NCBI GenBank assembly: GCA_964016885.1
Contig: OZ024759.1
Coordinates: 10,106,001 to 10,170,000 of the forward strand
DNA: 64,000 nt
DNA from: Eledone cirrhosa
Taxonomy: Eukaryota
Direction: 5' to 3'
Below the pieces are notes generated by a model. That model saw nothing but the letters and a program-made list of their open reading frames with translations. It did no database searches and had not been told where the DNA came from. Positions 61,008 to 64,000 of the stretch are shown here, one piece after another. The translations under genes and the position numbers were made by a program. Position 1 is the first letter of the stretch; every line of letters starts with the position of its first letter.

Positions 61008-63761
61008 TGCACATATATGTAGCATTTCCTCTCACTAACATGGCCATTCCTATGAAAGAGAATGCAGCAGGAGGTCACTAACCTTTGATAAAAAAATAAC
61101 TCGTGTTCGATAAATAGGCTGTCTTGGAATGTGGACAGAGAGAGAATTTTTGGTGACAAAAGAGACATTATTTTCCCTGGTCACTTGGTTTTTAACCCCC
61201 TTGCTGATAAAACTGATGGACGATAGCCTGACACCTTCTATTTCAGTATAACACATAAAACAAAGCATCTTCAACAAAACTCCAAAAACATGATTAGCAG
61301 CAATCATATTCCTTTTCCCTTTTCTAACTAAAGTGAAGTAAATTTCATATCTAACCGAATTAACTACTCTGTCGTGTTTATTCATGTTCAACCATTACTG
61401 CTTTGTTTCCCTTCATATATACAATAAAATACAAATGTTGAGTCAGGGAGAGAGAAAAATATGTATTTACCTTCCATAAATGATTTTTATCACATTTGTA
61501 AGAGAAGCAGTAAAGAATATAGATAAAGTCACACCTGTAATATAGAAACAGATACAGGTAAACTCCAGTGTATTTAGCTCGTCACAATAAAACAAAGTCA
61601 CACCTATCATACAAACTTATATACAGGTAAATTCAGATCGTTACAAGAATATAAATGTTCATTATTAAAACGGGCTGAAGGCCTCAAATTTGGGTGATGG
61701 GTAAAGTTTTTATTTATATGTAAAGTAGTTGGTGTTATGAAGGACATCCAGCTATAGAAAGTGGGCCAAACAAAGGACTGAGAGTTGTCTTCAGGTGTGT
61801 CAGGGACATGAGGACATGACAGCCACATTAGTGCTGCTGCTACAATAAAATGTACCCAGTACACACAAGTATCTACTGGGTGTATGTTATCATGACACCA
61901 GCGCTACCACTTTACAGAGTGCACTGGGTGTATGTTATCATGGTGCCAGCACTACCTCTTTACAGAGTGCACTGGGTGTATGTTATCATGGTGCCAGCAC
62001 TACCTCTTAACAGAGTGCACTGGGTGCATGTTATCACGACACCAGCGCTACCACTTTACAGAGTGTACTGGGTGTATGTTATCATGGTGCCAGCACTACC
62101 TCTTAACAGAGTGCACTGGGTGCATGTTATCATGGTGCCAGCACTACCACTTTACAGAGTGTACTGGGTGTATGTTATCATGGTGCCAGCACTACCTCTT
62201 AACAGAGTGCACTGGGTGCATGTTATCACGACACCAGCGCTACCACTTTACAGAGTGCACTGGGTGTATGTTATCATGGTGCCAGCACTACCTCTTAACA
62301 GAGTGCACTGGGTGCATGTTATCATGGTGCCAGCACTACCACTTTACAGAGTGTACTGGGTGTATGTTATCATGGTGACAGCACTACCACTTTACAGAGT
62401 GTACTGGGTGTATGTTATCATGGTGACAGCACTACCACTTTACAGAGTGTACTGGGTGTATGTTATCATGGTGACAACACTACCACTTTACAGAGTGTAC
62501 TGGGTGTATGTTATCATAGTGACAACACTACCACTTTACAGAGTGTACTGGGTGTTTGTTATCATGGTGACAACACTACCACTTTACAGAGTGTACTGGG
62601 TGTATGTTATCATAGTGACAACACTACCACTTTACAGAGTGTACTGGGTGTATGTTATCATGGTGACAGCACTACCACTTTACAGAGTGTACTGGGTGTA
62701 TGGTATCATGGTGACAGCACTACCACTTTACATAGTGTACTGGGTGTATGGTATCATGGTGCCAGCACTACCACTTTACAGAGTGTACTGGGTGTATGTT
62801 ATCATGGTGACAGCACTACCACTTTACAGAGTGTACTGGGTGTATGTTATGGTGACAACACTACCACTTTACAGAGTGTACTGGGTGTATGTTTTCATGG
62901 TGACAGCACTACCACTTTACAGAGTGTACTGGGTGTATGTTTTCATGGTGACAGCACTACCACTTTACAGAGTGTACTGGGTGTATGTTATCATGGTGAT
63001 AGCACTACCACTTTACAGAGTGTACTGGGTGTATGTTATCATGGTGACAACACTACCACTTTACAGAGTGTACTGGGTGTATGTTTTCATGGTGACAGCA
63101 CTACCACTTTACAGAGTGTACTGGGTGTATGTTTTCATGGTGACAGCACTACCACTTTAGAGTGTACTGGGTGTATGTTATGGTGACAACACTACCACTT
63201 TACAGAGTGTACTGGGTGTATGTTATCATGGTGACAGCACTACCACTTTACAGAGTGTACTGGGTGTCTGTTATCATGGTGATAGCACTACCACTTTACA
63301 GAGTGTACTGGGTGTATGTTATCATGGTGACAACACTACCACTTTACAGAGTGTACTGGGTGTATGTTTTCATGGTGACAGCACTACCACTTTACAGAGT
63401 GTACTGGGTGTATGTTATCATGGTGACAACACTACCACTTAACAGAGTGGACTAGGAGCATGTCATTGTGACAGCACTACCACTTAACAGAGTGGACTAG
63501 GAGCATGTCATTGTGACAGCACTACCACTTAACAGAGTGGACTAGGAGCATGTCATTGTGACAGCACTACCACTTAACAGAGTGGACTAGGAGTATGTCA
63601 TTGTGACAGCACTACTAGGGGGGGATCTTATACCCACGGCAGGACAAGTAAATTCTAATAAAGAGACCCTTACCCAAAACAGCACAGGTGACATCGGTCC
63701 TATTTCTGTTCCTGATGTAAGCTGACACAATTGATACTGATGGTAAAATAGTTACAATGAT
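47374..63761 (-). CDS. PLPP5: Phospholipid phosphatase 5/4-like (PAP2/LPT family), 3' five coding exons: join complement(63674..63761, 61471..61534, 59210..59334, 53661..53831, 47374..47606); 5' exons outside window
   Basis: All five exons have AG acceptors and the four internal ones GT donors, with compatible phases (0/1, 1/2, 2/1, 1/1, 1/stop). Spliced protein: [64 protein letters not shown]...[30 protein letters not shown]...[35 protein letters not shown]...KIV*. Contains the lipid phosphatase motifs C1 KxxxxxxRP, C2 PSGH and C3 SRxxxxxHxxxD. PLPP5 versus PLPP4 cannot be resolved firmly (probably co-orthologous). Confidence 0.93.
47648..49321 (+). mobile_element. Same MITE family carrying a 28-bp sub-unit array (about 53 copies), inside the last PLPP intron
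   Basis: Unit TTTACATTACTCTATACATGCTATTGTG matches the first 28 nt of the 72-bp unit; tail ends TAAATGCTAAAGGG|TTAA. Confidence 0.88.
49816..50945 (-). repeat. 78-bp array (about 13 copies) of the SINE-A 3' end, resolving into a SINE-A body
   Basis: Unit TAATAATTGTTTCTACTATTGGCACAAGGCCAGCAATTACCCCAGTACATTACTGGTACTTTATTTTATCAAGCCCCG. Confidence 0.9.
50960..51376 (-). mobile_element. SINE-A with its 5' 45-bp (A-box) segment repeated 6 times
   Basis: Unit CATGGCGTCCGACCCTCTACCGATACTGCCAATCCACCACCCTAA at 51108-51376. Confidence 0.85.
51454..52358. repeat. Near-perfect 22-bp minisatellite, about 41 copies
   Basis: Unit TATACTATAAATTAACAAAAAC. Confidence 0.95.
52600..52990 (+). mobile_element. 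Decayed RTE-like LINE 3' fragment
   Basis: [47 protein letters not shown]; ends in AAGAAGAAGATG. Confidence 0.55.
53661..53831 (-). CDS. PLPP5: PLPP5/4-like exon (171 bp): [17 protein letters not shown]...[11 protein letters not shown]
   Basis: Long pyrimidine tract ending ttctgtctAG, donor GTaagt; contains C3 SRxxxxxH. Confidence 0.95.
53870..54070 (+). mobile_element. Fragment of an RLE-type (CRE-like) non-LTR retrotransposon C-terminus
   Basis: [12 protein letters not shown] ... [13 protein letters not shown] resembles the PxAVETxGxxG ... FQRISIAIQRGN ending of CRE-clade ORFs. Confidence 0.5.
54319..57589. repeat. 42-bp minisatellite, about 78 copies, intronic
   Basis: Unit CTGGTCTAACTGGTGACCATGACATGTTGAGGTGGGGAACCA; accounts for three pseudo-ORFs of more than 1000 aa. 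Confidence 0.95.
57760..59080. repeat. 39/42/45-bp purine-rich minisatellite, about 32 copies, intronic
   Basis: Unit GAGACAGGAGTTTCTGACAGTAATGTCTACCATGGAGGAG(GAG)GT with 3-bp length variants. Confidence 0.92.
59210..59334 (-). CDS. PLPP5: PLPP5/4-like exon (125 bp): [13 protein letters not shown]...[12 protein letters not shown]
   Basis: Acceptor ttttacctgtgttAG, donor GTaagt; contains RP of C1 and PSGH (C2). Confidence 0.95.
59400..59832 (+). mobile_element. RTE LINE RT C-terminal fragment with a Cys-rich (PHD-like) insert
   Basis: [13 protein letters not shown], then [28 protein letters not shown]...FTCNS*, then [42 protein letters not shown]. Confidence 0.75.
60267..60880 (-). mobile_element. 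RTE LINE 3' fragment with 80-bp internal triplication, flanked by a 79-bp direct duplication
   Basis: [53 protein letters not shown]; (GAT)n tail. Confidence 0.9.
61471..61534 (-). CDS. PLPP5: PLPP5/4-like exon (64 bp): (G)[20 protein letters not shown](R)
   Basis: Acceptor tgtttctatattacAG, donor GTaaat; supplies the K of motif C1 and joins in phase to RPRP. Confidence 0.9.
61872..63615 (-). repeat. SINE-B-related 47-48 bp array (about 36 units), intronic
   Basis: Unit ACTACCACTTTACAGAGTGTACTGGGTGTATGTTATCATGGTGACAGC. Confidence 0.9.
63674..63761 (-). CDS. PLPP5: PLPP5/4-like exon (88 bp): [29 protein letters not shown]
   Basis: Acceptor tatttctatgttttccAG, donor GTaagg; open frame; hydrophobic segment in the position expected before the C1 exon. 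Confidence 0.85.
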
Positions 63762-63830
63762 CTGGAAAACATAGAAATACAGAGATTAGTGGGGATTGTG
63801 GTTTATATGGGACCATATCTAGATATAAAG

Positions 63831-64000
63831 CACTCACTAGACTGTGGCCAGGCTGGGGCACCACATTCTTTTACAGATTTCACTCACTAGACTGTGGCCA
63901 GGCTGGGGCACCATCTTCTTTTACAGATTTCACTCACTAGACTGTGGCCAGGCTGGGGCACCACATTCTTTCACTGGTTTCAGTCACTAGACTGTGGCCA
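63831..64000. repeat. 50-bp tandem repeat (at least 3.4 copies, runs off the window)
   Basis: Unit CACTCACTAGACTGTGGCCAGGCTGGGGCACCACATTCTTTTACAGATTT at 63831, 63881, 63931 and 63981. Confidence 0.85.

Overview
Repeat-saturated, AT-rich eukaryotic (metazoan) genomic DNA. The SINE, RTE/CR1 LINE and microsatellite complement looks like a coleoid cephalopod such as Octopus (recognition-based inference, not a database result). Nearly all long ORFs in the supplied track are translations of tandem repeats, not genes. One real gene is well supported: five minus-strand exons (63761 to 47374) splice in frame into the C-terminal part of a PAP2-family phospholipid phosphatase (PLPP5/PLPP4-like) with all three catalytic motifs intact; its 5' exons lie beyond the window. 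A second, unidentified minus-strand micro-exon chain (12708 to 3822, possibly wider) is weaker. Mobile DNA includes an L1/Tx1-type LINE whose RT core is deleted and sealed by a 22-bp fold-back, a decayed Penelope-like element, CR1, RTE, RTE-X and CRE fragments, two SINE families and TTAA- and TA-flanked MITEs. The main unexplained pattern is that short pieces of many of these elements have been amplified in place into tandem arrays (22-195 bp units), alongside several 200-280 bp local inverted copies. Minimal hammerhead-like motifs and one G-U-compatible 75-nt hairpin are also present.
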